NCBI GenBank assembly: GCA_013265495.1
Contig: MU058009.1
Span: 498,001 to 562,000 of the forward strand
DNA from: Vicugna vicugna
Lineage: Eukaryota
Reading direction: 5' to 3'
DNA: 64,000 nt
How positions within the stretch are numbered: the stretch's first letter is position 1; every line of letters begins with the position of its first letter. A program made the position numbers and the translations under genes. Below are positions 26,150 to 38,650 of this stretch, in pieces. The notes under the pieces are model-generated. The model saw nothing but the letters and a program-made list of their open reading frames with translations. It did not search any database and had not been told where the DNA came from.

Positions 26150-26500
26150 CCGTGTGGCTCCCTGGGTCTCATGCGGAAAGCCGTTGAGCGGGCCAATTTC
26201 GGGGGCCCTGTTTTAAGGCGGATTTAGAAGAATACGTTTTAACAGCCCTGGCTGGCCTCACGCAGATAGGACCACGGCCGTCAACATTCCTGTCCCAAGG
26301 GAGGCTTTCGGCCCACGTGAACAGCCAAGGCTCAGAGCACCCAACGCAACAGGCGTCAGCCCTCCCCGGGCCGTCCCCGCCGCGCCTGCTCCCTGCCCGC
26401 TCTCCCGGCCAGGCGCCGTGCGCCTGCGGGGACAGCCTTCTCTCTGCACGGCCGGAACCCTCAGTAAGGGCAACAGGGCCCACGTGTTTAACTGACTTGT
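26150..26500. promoter_or_regulatory. Small CpG-island-like element
   Basis: About 27 CpG (hand count) in about 320 bp, GC-rich core at 26355-26455, two CACGTG sites. No repeat recognised. Confidence 0.5.
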
Positions 26501-27279
26501 AAGTGAACAGCTTCGGTGTGCTAGAAAAAAATTAACTCAACCTACGAATGTGTAATTGCTTGAGATTTCACCTCCTGGCCACACTTCCCTTCCTATGGAG
26601 TTATTAAAACCCACACAATATGCTCTAATAATTTATTAATAGTCAACATAAATAGATAACAGCTCACACAGCCATATAGCCATTGCAGGTTAAATAATGA
26701 GGCTGATTTAAAAGGCTCTTCACTGGAAAGGAGGAGGCACGGCTGTTACGCTTTGGGATTACCGCCGGGATGGCAGATAAACCCGTGTACTCAGGCTTTC
26801 TTGACTGTTCAGCTGGCTACCTTAGTGGCACCGTTTTCTCACCTTTATTTGGAACGGACAGAGTACCAGCCATTCTCTGCTGAGCAGAACAGGGCATCCG
26901 ACTTAACGGAAAGGGAACAAACCATTTCATCACGGACCAAGGTGAAAAACACCAGATTGCCGTTCAGTTTCTCTGAAAGGAGCTCAACGATAGCGCATCT
27001 TCTGTCTCACCATCAAGGTCCTTGCCATCAAGCCTAGACATGTCTTTCTCGTGAAAGTTCCTTCATCCCAGCACTTTGGGAAGTGAATGCATGTGTCCAA
27101 ACTCATTGCAGTCTAATGAGGGACTCCTTGGTCCTTCTGCCGTCGCAGACCTAATAATCTGCAGGTCCTGCCTCTGCCAGGTCATCACATCATCTTCCCT
27201 GGGGACCTCCTCTCTCCTCTTTGTAATTAAATGTAATATCGAATATCAGATATTCGACAGCCAGATGGGAAAGACGAAG

Positions 27280-28343
27280 GAAAGAAAACTGTTTTTCTTT
27301 GTAGCTGATCCTATATATTAAAAATCCTAAGGTGACTACAACAAAAATTATTACAATTAATAAATGAATTCAGCAAGGTCACAGGATATAAGGCCAAGAT
27401 ATAGAAATTAGTTTTATTTCTATATACTGGTGATAATCTAAATCCCAAACTAAGAAAAAAACCCATGTGCAGTACACCAAAAATAATAAATGCTCAGGAA
27501 TAAATTTAGCAAAAGGGAAAACTTTGCATACTGCCAACTAAAACACATTGCTGAGAGAAGTTAAAGAAGTTTTAAATAGATGGACAAACATTCCATGTTC
27601 ATGGATAGAAAGACTCAGAAATGTTAAATGGTAATTCTTCCCAAATGATCTTTAGATTTTACATAATTCCTATCAAAATCTCAACGGGTTTTTTTTTTTT
27701 TGCAATAATTGATAATCCAATACCAAGATTTATACAGAAATGCAAGGAACTCAGAATAGCCCAAATAATTTTGAAAAAGAAAGAAGTTGGATTACTTACA
27801 TTTTCTGATTTTAAAACACTCTGTAAAGCTACGGTAATCCCCACAGTGTGGTGTTGACATAAGGGCAGACATGTAGATCAATGGAACAGAATAGAGAGTC
27901 TGGAATGAAACCCTTACACTTATGGTCAATTGATTTTTTTAAAAAGATGTCACAGCAATTCAATGGGAGAATAATCTTTGCAACAAACAGTGCTGGAACA
28001 GTTGGATAGTTACATGCAAAAATGTGATCATTTTCATGTGCTAAGTGAAGGAAGCCAGATGCAAAAGACCACATATTGTACAGTTCCACTGTCCAGAAAA
28101 GGCAGATCTAGAGATAGAAAGGAGCTTAGTAATTGCCCAGAGCAGGGCGGGGGTGGGGCAGGAGACAGTTCCGAGGGCTGTTTGCCGAGGGGCACGAGGG
28201 ACCCTTTTAGGGAGATGGAATTATTCTAAAACTGGATTGTAGTAATGGTTGCACGACTGCGTAAATTTACTAAAGATCATTCAATTGTGCATTTAGTGAA
28301 TTTTACAGTATGTAAATTAAACCTCAGTAAAGCATTTAAAAAA
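27280..28343 (+). mobile_element. Old L1 (L1M type): ORF2 C-terminal remnant plus 3' UTR
   Basis: ORF 27621-27857 'IPIKISTGFF...RIAQIILKKK..GLLTFSDFKTLCKATVIPTVW' resembles L1 ORF2 'IPIKLP..FF...RIAK.[22 protein letters not shown].KTAWY'. The 3' UTR runs 'tgctaagtgaaggaagccagatgcaaaagaccacatattgta...gtatgtaaattaaacctcagtaaagc'. Confidence 0.92.
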
Positions 28344-28859
28344 TAGCAGATGCTTGTTACGGACGTCATGAGGGTACACGAATTAGGGGGTACCCATTAA
28401 GGGGACCACCTCTGGTGAACGTAACATCACCCTGTTACTGGAGAAGGAGTCTTTCAGGAGTCCCCCCTGCTGGTACTAGAAATCCCATGGATTTATCTAG
28501 GGCGTCCCCTCATAGTTAGATCAAGCAGAGACAACTGAAGCCACCAAGCCCCATCCCAGCATCATCTCACTGGCAGAGTGAAACAGGATAACCCCCACCT
28601 TGGTCAGAAGGAGGGTATGACCTGCCTGCTAGCACTGTAACAACCACCGCCTCCCGAGTGCCTTCCATTGATCTCCGTGGGGGTTAAAAGGCCTGAACGA
28701 TGTAGTTATCACTTACCAGTTGACTGGCCTCTGCTTTGTGGAAAGGCTGGGGTAAGGATAATTACTTTCTTTTGTAAAGCACTTACAAAATGCTTTAACG
28801 TACACTAGCTCATCTTTCTCTCAGTAGCGCTATTACGAGATGTGGCAAACACTGTTAGC

Positions 28860-29220
28860 TGGCTGGGCCGACCCTCATCCCAGTCGTGGTCAGGGACATG
28901 CGAGCATCAATTTGCTGGCTGGGGAAGCTTTTGCTTTCCTGACACAAAGAGGTAGATCTTCCGCGCCTTTTGCTTCCCCCTTCCCCGACGCGGTAAAGGG
29001 ACAGCAGTTGTACTGAGACCACGAAGAGTGGAGCCAATAGAAAAGGTCCGGAGAACCCTGGAGAGCTGCTGAGGTGCTGGTCCTGATGAGGTTAAGCTAT
29101 TGAACCATCTCTAGCATCATGTCCCTGGCAGGCTTGTTAAGTGAGATGAATGGATCCCTACTTGTTTAAGCCACTGTGGTTGGCTTTTCTGTTTGCTGTT
29201 GCCAAACCTTTTGCTCTCTG
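28860..29220 (+). mobile_element. MaLR MLT1-type LTR, old
   Basis: 'ctggggaagcttttgctttcctga...cttgttaagtgagatgaat...cttgtttaagccactgtggttggcttttctgtt'. Confidence 0.6.
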
Positions 29221-29379
29221 GTAAAGTAGAAATTACTAGTCACTTCACAGATGCCAAAACTAAGGTTTTGAAAAACTGTGCAATTCATCCAAGATCAAAC
29301 TCCCAGCAAGTGGGAAAATAGTGACTTGTACGCAGTTTTCTGCATCCAGTCATGCGACAATGATAACAGTGACAAGGAC

Positions 29380-29580
29380 AAAAACCACCTACTGAGCATC
29401 AATTAGGTACCCAGCCTCTGACTCCAGGCACCTGACTTTTATCTTTTCTCTAATTCTTACAATTCTGCAAACTCGGTATTATTATTGCCATTTTATAGAT
29501 GAGCACACTGAGGCTAAGAAAGGTTAAGTAAATTGCACAAGGTCACAGAGCTAGTAAGTGGTGGTGCCGGGATGCTCAAC
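29380..29580 (-). mobile_element. MIR SINE
   Basis: 'ggtattattattgccattttatagatgagcacactgaggctaagaaaggttaagtaaattgcacaaggtcacagagctagtaagtgg'. Confidence 0.9.
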
Positions 29581-31605
29581 TTGCACGTGTCTTGTTGGCT
29601 ATGAGGGAGCTGAAGGGAATAAAGTGCATGCCCTGGGATAAAGTGACCAGTTGTTCTAGGTCTCTATTGATCATATACTTGGAAACGGGTCTGGAAGTTT
29701 CCGAGCGGGATTCAGGTTAGCTAGCAACACTCATAATGCTTGCAGGTGTGTTACAATATTCATACTTTACACCGTACAATAAAGTCTTTCTCGACCCAGT
29801 TGTCTTTTCACTGTTTACTACCACCTTTGCACCTTAAAGTCCACCTTTTCCAGGAAACCCACACTAATTACAGGATGTAGAGGACAGTAAGGGACTTCTC
29901 CACTTCCTTCTGCTTCTTTCTAGAAAGAGGGGTAAAAACTGAAACACTGCTTTTCGGCAGCACCTGATGTAAGGACAGCTCCTGGAGCCTAGAAGCGGCA
30001 AAAGGAGACAAGAGGCCCCGCGAAGGGTGAAGCCCAGCCCCGGGAGCCTGCCTGGGCAAACAGAGGCTTCAGTGAGAGGAGCCAGCTCCGGGCACAGACC
30101 GCACGCACCGCCGAGGTGGCCACGATGGCTATTCCAGGTGTGGCACAGGTACACAGGTACTTTGCAGCATACTTGAGCTGTCATGGGGCTTGATGCGCAT
30201 GTCAGTTTGGAATTGGGAGAGGATGGTTAAAAAGCAGTTCAGAGGGACTCAGAGGTGTTAGTTGCTAACTGCTGTCTCCTCACAAGAAGTAATCTCCCCC
30301 TTCTGAGGTGCGCTGCCCCACCATTCATCTCTGCCAGACCCGAATGGCTTGCTCAACCTTTAAGGGCTTAATTAGTTTTTCTTTCTGGATTCCTGCCTCC
30401 CAAACAATGACTGAATAATTGACTCATTCAAACCAGGGGCATCCAGAATTGATGCCTTTGGAAGGAACCGTGGAACCCTGGCCCAGGGAGAAGACAGGCC
30501 CCTGGGGGCAGCTCAGCAAGGGCTGGGACGGGGCCATTGAGAGCGCACCCCATTTTCACAAGTTCCAGCACTAACAGGGCTTCCACTGACCACCCAACTG
30601 CTGCCTCCTAGAGACGGGCCCTCTGACAGGCTGCGGGCATCTCTCGGATTTGCGAGATAAGACACAAGGCGAGCCGGACGTGGAGAACCATGCTGCACCT
30701 CGGTGAGAAAAATATCCCTCCCTCCCTCCACACAGCCCTGGAACTTGCCCTCACTCCCCCCAGATGGTGCTGTTTCCCTTGCATGACTGATTCAGCATTT
30801 CTGCTTTGCAGGAAACTGAGAATACAGCAAATCTTATCTCCATGAAAGCCATGAATCTTCCTGGCCAACTTATCATCCCATGTCCGTCAGAGATGCATCT
30901 TCCCCCTCAGGGTCACTCGGAATGAGCCACAGCGTCACACAAGGGCCTTGGGAAAATCATTAGGAGACACCCAGTAGAAAGAAGCATCTGATTATGCCCC
31001 CAGGAGCTTCACCAGCTCTGACTTCTCACCCCCTCCGCTGCCCCACCCCCCAGTCTCCTGCCCCTTCAAGCTGGGAGCTCTGCCCAGAGTCCACCTCTAG
31101 GGATAAATGTGGACTCTTAGCTTATTGAAAAGGCCACCAAATGCTCACTCCTCCAGGACAAGAAGCAGTGTGGGCCACAGGCAGGCAGAACCCCCTGGCC
31201 CTTCTACAAACCGCCTTCCCCCAAAAGGAGTATCGACCGTGAAACTAACCAGTGTTTTCCCATCAAAAGCACCATAACTCATTTAACATTGAGAGAACTT
31301 TTTTTAATCCTTTCTCCTAGACTAGAAGAACAATAGTTGTTTCTTTTGCCTCCTATTTCAGCAGGGTTCCAGATAATAAAAAGATTTATAATTAAGCCAG
31401 TAGATTTACTTTTGCTATGCCGCCCTAGATTATGAAAAAGTATAATTATGTGCAATTAAAAAATGAACAGTGTTCCTTCTCCGAGTGAAGCTTTAAAAGT
31501 CATTATGAATCCATTAGCTCAGCAGACCTTACAAATGGCCTTCACTACTCCGGACTTCATTTGAATTTACAACAGAGAGAAGTAACTTTTCTCCACTTCT
31601 GCACT

Positions 31606-31672
31606 GTGTATATATGTGTGTGTGCATGTGTGCACATGCATGCATGTGTGTGTGTGTGTTTGTGTGTGTGTG
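31606..31672. repeat. Compound (TG/CA/TA)n alternating purine-pyrimidine tract
   Basis: Directly visible. Confidence 0.9.
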
Positions 31673-32411
31673 TTCACCCCCGTCTGCTACCACAGAGTGT
31701 CCACACATTCATCTCTTATGTGCTCAGGTCATGTTCTCAGTGTTGAAGTTGCCATATTTTTTAAGGCTCATAACACTTCTCTTTGGGAGCCTGCCAGCTG
31801 CAAAACTGAGGGATGACCTTAGACCTCTAATTTATCCTGTTCCCCCATCTTTCCTCCTACAGGCAGTAATTCAGCCCTTAAATGTCAACAGCACCAGATG
31901 AGGCCATGACGGTCCTGCAGCCTTTGGGACTGTGCTCTGGTTCCCTCCTCTGCTCCAGCTCCATCGGCCAGAGTTGTCCCAGCGAATCCACTTATGGCCA
32001 GGTTACTGTGGAGTTTATCAGTTGCCTCACTTATCCAGATAATTGCCTAGTGTGATAGAAGCTTTATCTGCTGAATACCAGGACTGTGCCTACAGGAGAA
32101 TCGATCTAGATAATCCGGACACCATTCATGATTTTATTTCAATCGAGCCTTTATGTTTGACAAGAAGTTGTAATTATTGAAAATTTCATCTGCATTCAAA
32201 TAATGGCTCCTGCTCATAAGTCCTTTCTCTCTTGTTTCTCAGCACCAGAATCACTCTCAGCATCATTCTTAGCCACGGCCCAGGAGTTACAGTTAAAACA
32301 AAAACAAAAACATCCCCAGGCCCCACACCACCTTCTTTCATTTAACTGGCCATCTCTGTCACTTGATCTCTCCAGCTCCCAGTGTGTTTCTGCCCAGTGA
32401 CATTAGAGCCC

Positions 32412-32565
32412 TCAGTGGTGGGTCCAAGTCTGGCCAATAATCAGAATTACCTGGCAAGCAATTTTTACAAATATAGATGCATCATAACCTAGACTTACTG
32501 AATTAGAAGTTTCAGGAGAAGAGGTTAGGAATCTACCTTTAATTTACTCTCCAAGGGACTCCTGG
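32412..32565. mobile_element. MER5-like DNA transposon fragment
   Basis: 'cagtggt...atcagaattacctgg...cctagacttactgaattagaa...ggaatct'. Confidence 0.6.
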
Positions 32566-35500
32566 CAGCCAGCCCAGCATGGGACATAAACTGGCATTTA
32601 AACCACTCCAGCCCAGAGCACGGGCTAGGCACGCCTGGGTGGGTTAGACAGAAGGCTTCATCTCTGGTCATTTCCCCACTCTTTCCTCGTCATCCTTTTT
32701 CAGTCTTCAGGGACAAGCCTGCCTGGATGAACAAGGGTCCCAGAGCCAGACGCCTCCAACTCTGCAGCCTTCCCCAAGTGGGCTGGGTGGAGGCAGAGAT
32801 GCCCCCATGGTGGGTGGTGCACCCCCAGGGAAGGTGGCGGGCTCCCCAGCTGTCTGCCTCAGTTCAGCTGTAACTTCTCAACGGACAAAAGCATTCCCCT
32901 TGGTGGTTTTCCAATTTTTAGATGGTTGAGTTCCGTCAGGCACTTAATTCCCCACAAGCCATCAACAAGTTACTTAAGAATTAAAATCCTGCAATGCTCC
33001 ACACTGACAGACGACGAGAGAAGGAGTTTGCCAAAGCGAAATGAACAAAGGGCTAGAATTCAGCAGAACTAGCGTCTCATACCAGCCTCGCCAGTTTCCA
33101 GGGCTTCAGCCTTACAGAAGTCTCTCCAGGCTTTCCAGGCTTCGGTGTTTTTCACCAGAGTAATGAAAAGTGTTGGGCCAGATGACACCAAATTCTCTTC
33201 TGGCTCAAGCACTCTGTAGTACGGCATACTGCAAGGGAGCTCCGTGCGTGTTCTTCCAATGATTAATACGTTTACACTCTCCATCACCTAAGAGCTTTAT
33301 AACTGTAATCAAGTTATTAATCTGTTTGAGACATAGTTTACTCATTAATAAAAATGGAGTAATGGCATTATCGAGCGAAGAGCTGAGTAAGCATTAAATG
33401 ATACAAGCATCTAACACCCATGCAGCCATGCCTGGCACGTGGAAACACTGAGTACATGTTATGTGGTGTTACCTTCTCCTCCTCATCACCATTATCACAG
33501 AACAGGGTTCCAAAGGGCTCAATTCACACTGGCCACCGTGTCACCCTGTCAACTGATCTCAAGAACCTGGCAACAAAGAATCAGGGCACAACCTTAACCT
33601 TGAACTCGGAAAACAGGGGCTTACTCATCCCGTAAAAGCCCAGGTCCCACACCCTTCCCTGCTCTCCCAGCTGGAGAGGGTCACTCAAGCACCATGGAGT
33701 GGCCACGAGGCAGGGACAGTGACCTGCATTCATCCTGGGAGTCGTGTGGCCTGTGCTGGAGGGTGTTTTGTATATTGTTTTAATGAATGGGGTCCTTCAG
33801 TGGAAGGCAGGCTCAGACATCTCCCCCGGCTCCCTCGGTGTGGCCACTCCAAGAGCGGGGACTCTCCCTGGGGGCTCTCCTTGAGACCCCCGGGCTTGCA
33901 GGGGGGCAGCCTCATCTTCCTTCTCTATCTCCGAGCATCGCAAAGCCAAGTTGTTTGTAAAGTCCCCTCACCCAGAGGCACTGTTACACGGCTCCACTCA
34001 TCAGCATGCAGGCAGTAAGGCACGCAGGAGCTCCGGTCTGTCATATTAAGGAGGCTGTATTGCTGTGGAGAGGAACATTAAAAGATTTTATTCTGAGATA
34101 TTCCTCCAACCTCCCACCTCCGGCAGACAGAGTCTCCTGGGACCAGCCTGCTCTGGCATTCTCATTTGCACAGATTCCTGATAAATGTTCCATCAGTGTC
34201 GCAGGCCCTGGTGCGGCTCCACTGGGCCTCTCCCTGGGGGCCTCGGGGTTGGCTCTTGAGATGGCTTTGGGCCCTGAGCAGCCCCCATGGTAAGACATTC
34301 ATCTTCATCCCTTCCCTCCCCTCGCTTACAGTGAAAGCCATGTCCGGGGAGGGAGGGACGGAGATTCCATCTCCGCCACAGAACACCTCACTCCTGCGTC
34401 TCATCTCAGCTCTTCTCTGCCCTTCTCGGCACAATCTGATATCATTATCCCCCACTGCATCAAAAGAAGCCCTTTACAGATTGTACTGTACACACAGACC
34501 TGCCTAGACGGGGCTGATGTGGCCTCTTTGGAGCCTGCAGGCACATTCATACAGCGCCACGGGTAAGGGCAAGCTCAGGACGAGATTAAATCACAGACCG
34601 AAAGATAAATGAAGTCACACATAAATATTGAATCCATTTCTGAGCATAAGTGCCATGTTGGGTGGAAGGTTGGGAGCTGGGCATGACCACAGGGTCAGTG
34701 GGACCAGAATGAGTGATGTGAGGGGTCAAGGGCAGGCATTTCCTCTAAGGGAAGAATTCAAGAGCAAATTTTCATTAAGTAAAAGGAAGGCGTCCTTGTC
34801 CCCTACGTCCTCTTAGTTTCACTAACATCTGGTAGGGATGGGTGAAAACAAGGTGAGGAAATGGCCAGTCTCAAGATTTGGGGGCTACACTGTTACTGAA
34901 TTCAGGCTGACTGGGGACTTCTTAATTTGGATCGGGTGCCAGGCCAGGGCTCACCATGAGGAAAGAGTCCTTCTCCAGGTTGGCAGGGGAAGGTAAGAAG
35001 ATGAATCCATTTTTCTCAGAGGCGACAGAGCTCCTTTGCACCTGAAAACTTTCAGAAGAGGCAGGCCTCAATGTGGGCCCCGTTGGAGACAAGGCATGAC
35101 TGAGATCACAAGCTGAGACCTGAGCGGGGAAGCCTGGGGGGCGCCCTGCTCCCCGCCACCCCCTCCGACACGTGCGGGCTTGGGGAGGGCACACCAGCCT
35201 CTGGGGCTCCTCTGCATCCAGGCTGGAGCTGAGTTGGAGGGAGAATTGAACTCCCTCCTCCACGGCTCCTGGAGCTGCTAATTCATAGTTGCATTAGCTT
35301 TCATTTGGCTAACAGCATGGGGGATTGTCAGCTATTGGCTCCAACCAGATTTAATCTACAGGCTGTTCTCTGCCCTCTTTCCACTTGCCTTTTATTCAAG
35401 ACGCTAATGAAGAGGTTGATCCGGTTGGTTTACCCGAGCCCGACCTGGGTTGAACAGCTCCGGCCCTCCACGCAGCCACCTCCCCGCTGTCCACTCCAAT

Positions 35501-38500
35501 CAAGATCCGGGGCCCTCGCAACTCTCTCTGCTCCGAAACAAATTAAATCTCACTGACAGACTCTATCTGCCGAGTTCTCCATTATGCTTCGCTTTTAGTT
35601 TGCTTTCCCGATGGTAAAACTGCTTTGACGTGTTCATAGATTCTCGGGGCCTTCCCCTCTGCAGCCCCCACCCCCAGCTCGCCGGGGTGATTTTGGTGAT
35701 GTCAAAGCCGCCAAGATCCTTCTCGGGCATCCCAGAGTCTGCAGCTCTTCTGCCACAAGTGTGGGTGTGTCGGCTGTGTCCAGGGCACCAGGACACCTCT
35801 GCTCATTTCCTGGAGGCACTGAGGAGCCATTCCTACGCCTTCTTTCCTCACCTTCCTTCCAGCCAGCACTGCCATCATCCTGTTGAAAGAAGTCATTCTT
35901 CCCGGGTCTCCACTCTCTAGAAGAATATGGCCTGCGGCCTTTCAATATCATTTTAATCTGTATTTGTAATTTAGCAGATCTTTAGAGATGTCCCCTGGGG
36001 CTGTGGGGAAACAGATCTCAGGTTCCTCTGGTGCCTTCAGGGGAAGACGCTCACCTGCCTCCACCCTCAGAGCCGCATTAGATTCACAATAGATGCTCAC
36101 TTCCCCCGCGGGGCTGTATGTCAGCCTTCCCACCTCCTTTGGGCAGTTGGAAAAGAGAAGGGAAATCCCAGGCAGGCCACCCTCCTGATGGCGACAACAA
36201 TAAGCGTGTTGATGAGTATAAATTCTGCATTTTATAGTGCTTTATTGAGAGCTGCTTTATTGGAATTAATGATTGCAATGATATTGGTTATATTCATCAC
36301 TTGTGGTCCATTAAGGTCCCTTTTAGCTCTAAAGTTCTATTCATTCAGGGAGTCATTCATTCATTCATTCATCAAACACATATTGAGTACCTGTCATGTG
36401 TCAGGCCTTTTGCTAAGAGTCCCCGGGATTGAAGTCCTGAGGGAACGGGCTGGAGTAAACCTGGCTGGAAGAGGAAATGAGACCAAATGCTTCTTGGATG
36501 CAGGTGCTCACACCCCGTCTCACTTCTCATCCCCCATAGTCACCATCTTCTCACCCTCCAAGGAGAACTGCCGCTTTCTCCCCAGACGGCACTGACCTCT
36601 TTCATCTGACCCCTGGCACTCTGCACCCACCCTTCCCACAACGTGTGCTGACAGCTGCTAGACGGCAGTCTCTCCAAACCTCAGATCCTGGGCGGGTGCT
36701 TTAGAAATGCAGATCGAGTCAAGAAGCCTAACCAGAACCGCCAAGCATTCTGACCCGGAACCCAGGAACCCCGAGGCCTCGAATGGGGTGGGGGGCGCAA
36801 ACCCTCATTGTGAGGACAAAAACCCAGAGTTTAGACTCAAGTTGCATTTCTTCCCCTGAAATGATGGTGAAGCCCCTGAAACTGCAAAATGAAGTCACAT
36901 CTCAGGCAGTGGCCTCCAGGCTCTGCAACTGGCCAGCCACCCTTGTCCCGTGGGCGGGAGGACCTGGTTGACGTGACATGCTACCACGCCGGGAGCTGCA
37001 AGGCCTGGCTGTAAGTCTGGTTTGGTCCCCATGCACTGGGTCACCCAGCCCAAACCAACTAACCGCTCTGGGCCTCAGCTTCCTCGTGAATGCAATGCTG
37101 TTCTGCTTTAGTTATTGATAAATGGTCAGACAAGGAGTTATAGGCCATGCCTATATAACCTACAGGTTAGACTGGATGTTCAGTAGGGTGAACTTCCACC
37201 ATAAAATTCTACAGACTAATTGATTCATTTACTGAACGTATCTTGGGAACACGTTTTATGCCAGTCACTATGAAAAGAGCTCACAAAGCAACAGGAAGAA
37301 CATCACTTAGATACTAAGATTCAGTGGCTACAGAGAATCAAACGCTTGGCTATCCCACTTACTCCTGGACGCAACAATAATTATTGTTACTATTAACGTC
37401 ATAGTTGTTATGTACCAGGCAATACGTTGAATGTTCTACATGGGGTTTTGCAATTTATCTGGACAAAACAACCACATTGGGTCGACGGGTCCACACATGG
37501 TGCATCCACAATGCTTACTGTGTGACTAGGGCATGGCAGGCCTTGCATCTCGAAGGGTTACATGACATCCCGGCCACAAGGCTAACAACTGGCAGGAAGA
37601 ACCAGAAATCCTGCCTGCCAGGCTCGGCAGCCCAGGATCCTAACTGCCAACCACCCTTCCTCCCTCAGCTTGGGCTGGCGATCTTCACAACGTCCACCAA
37701 AGCCGGTGCTGTCGGAGTCAGTAGCTCACCTGCTCCTCTGGTCCTCTTCCCACTGCGCGTCCCCGCGTGTGAGCTCACCTTCCCCTCCGCCGTCCTCTGC
37801 CCGTGAAATGCTCACTTTGTATTCTCCCTGCTTCACTTGTTCTCATTTTCAGTTGCCAGCTGAACACTGCTGTTTTCTTCTTGTCCTCCACTCCCTGCTC
37901 CCTCCTTCACCTCTCCTGTAACTCTGTAAAATATCTGTGAATTGACTAAACTGGAGGACTCTACCATGGGCTGACTCTAGGAGCACAAACTGTGAACTTT
38001 GGAAACAGCAGCTGCACGTAAGAGAACCCAGAGCCGAAGCAGAGCCAGGGGTTCCGGAACGGCTTCCAGGGACGCTGGAGGTGTGGGCGTCTCGGCAGGT
38101 GTCGACCCTGGGTGACCTCTTTCTCTCTGGCAACCACACCTGCCTGGACAGTGTAGGGAGACGGGAAAGCACGGAGAGGAGCTGAGCTGAGTTAAACAGG
38201 CACGCAGTGCACACCACACCTCTGAAAGATGAAGCGCTCGGGGCCAGGTTCTCATGTACCACGTGGGAGACACATGGCAGCCGATGCAGAAGTGGGTGTC
38301 TGTGGACTGGGATGCCGTGGCCGCTACGTTACCTAAGGAAACCTGGAAATGTAATCTCATGAGGCACAGCGTCATCTTGGCGAGCTCTCCAAAACAACGA
38401 CCCGCTCCTTCTGACCAACCTGACATCAGTGGTCTCTCTGATCCCAGCCTACATGGGTGACTCTTAGAAGCTGCGTGGTCATTTAAGCTGTCAGGAAGCA

Positions 38501-38575
38501 CAGTGCCTGAGCAGAAGTGAACCAGCCCTCACTCACCACGAGGCTGTAAAATGCTGTTTGATAAAACATGGCATC

Positions 38576-38650
38576 AGATTCCACATGTAAGCGATTCTCC
38601 TGAAACCAACATAATATTTATAAATCAACTCTACTTCAATTTAAAAAAAA
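38576..38650 (+). mobile_element. Very short L1 3'-end insertion, probably 5'-inverted
   Basis: 'cctgaaaccaacataatatttataaatcaactctacttcaatttaaaaaaaaa' is the L1 terminus. It is preceded by the antisense L1-like 'agattccacatgtaagcgat'. Confidence 0.7.

Noticed and set aside
27621..27857. ORF as a functional CDS
   Set aside because: It is a fragment of a decayed L1 ORF2 with surrounding stops and frameshifts.
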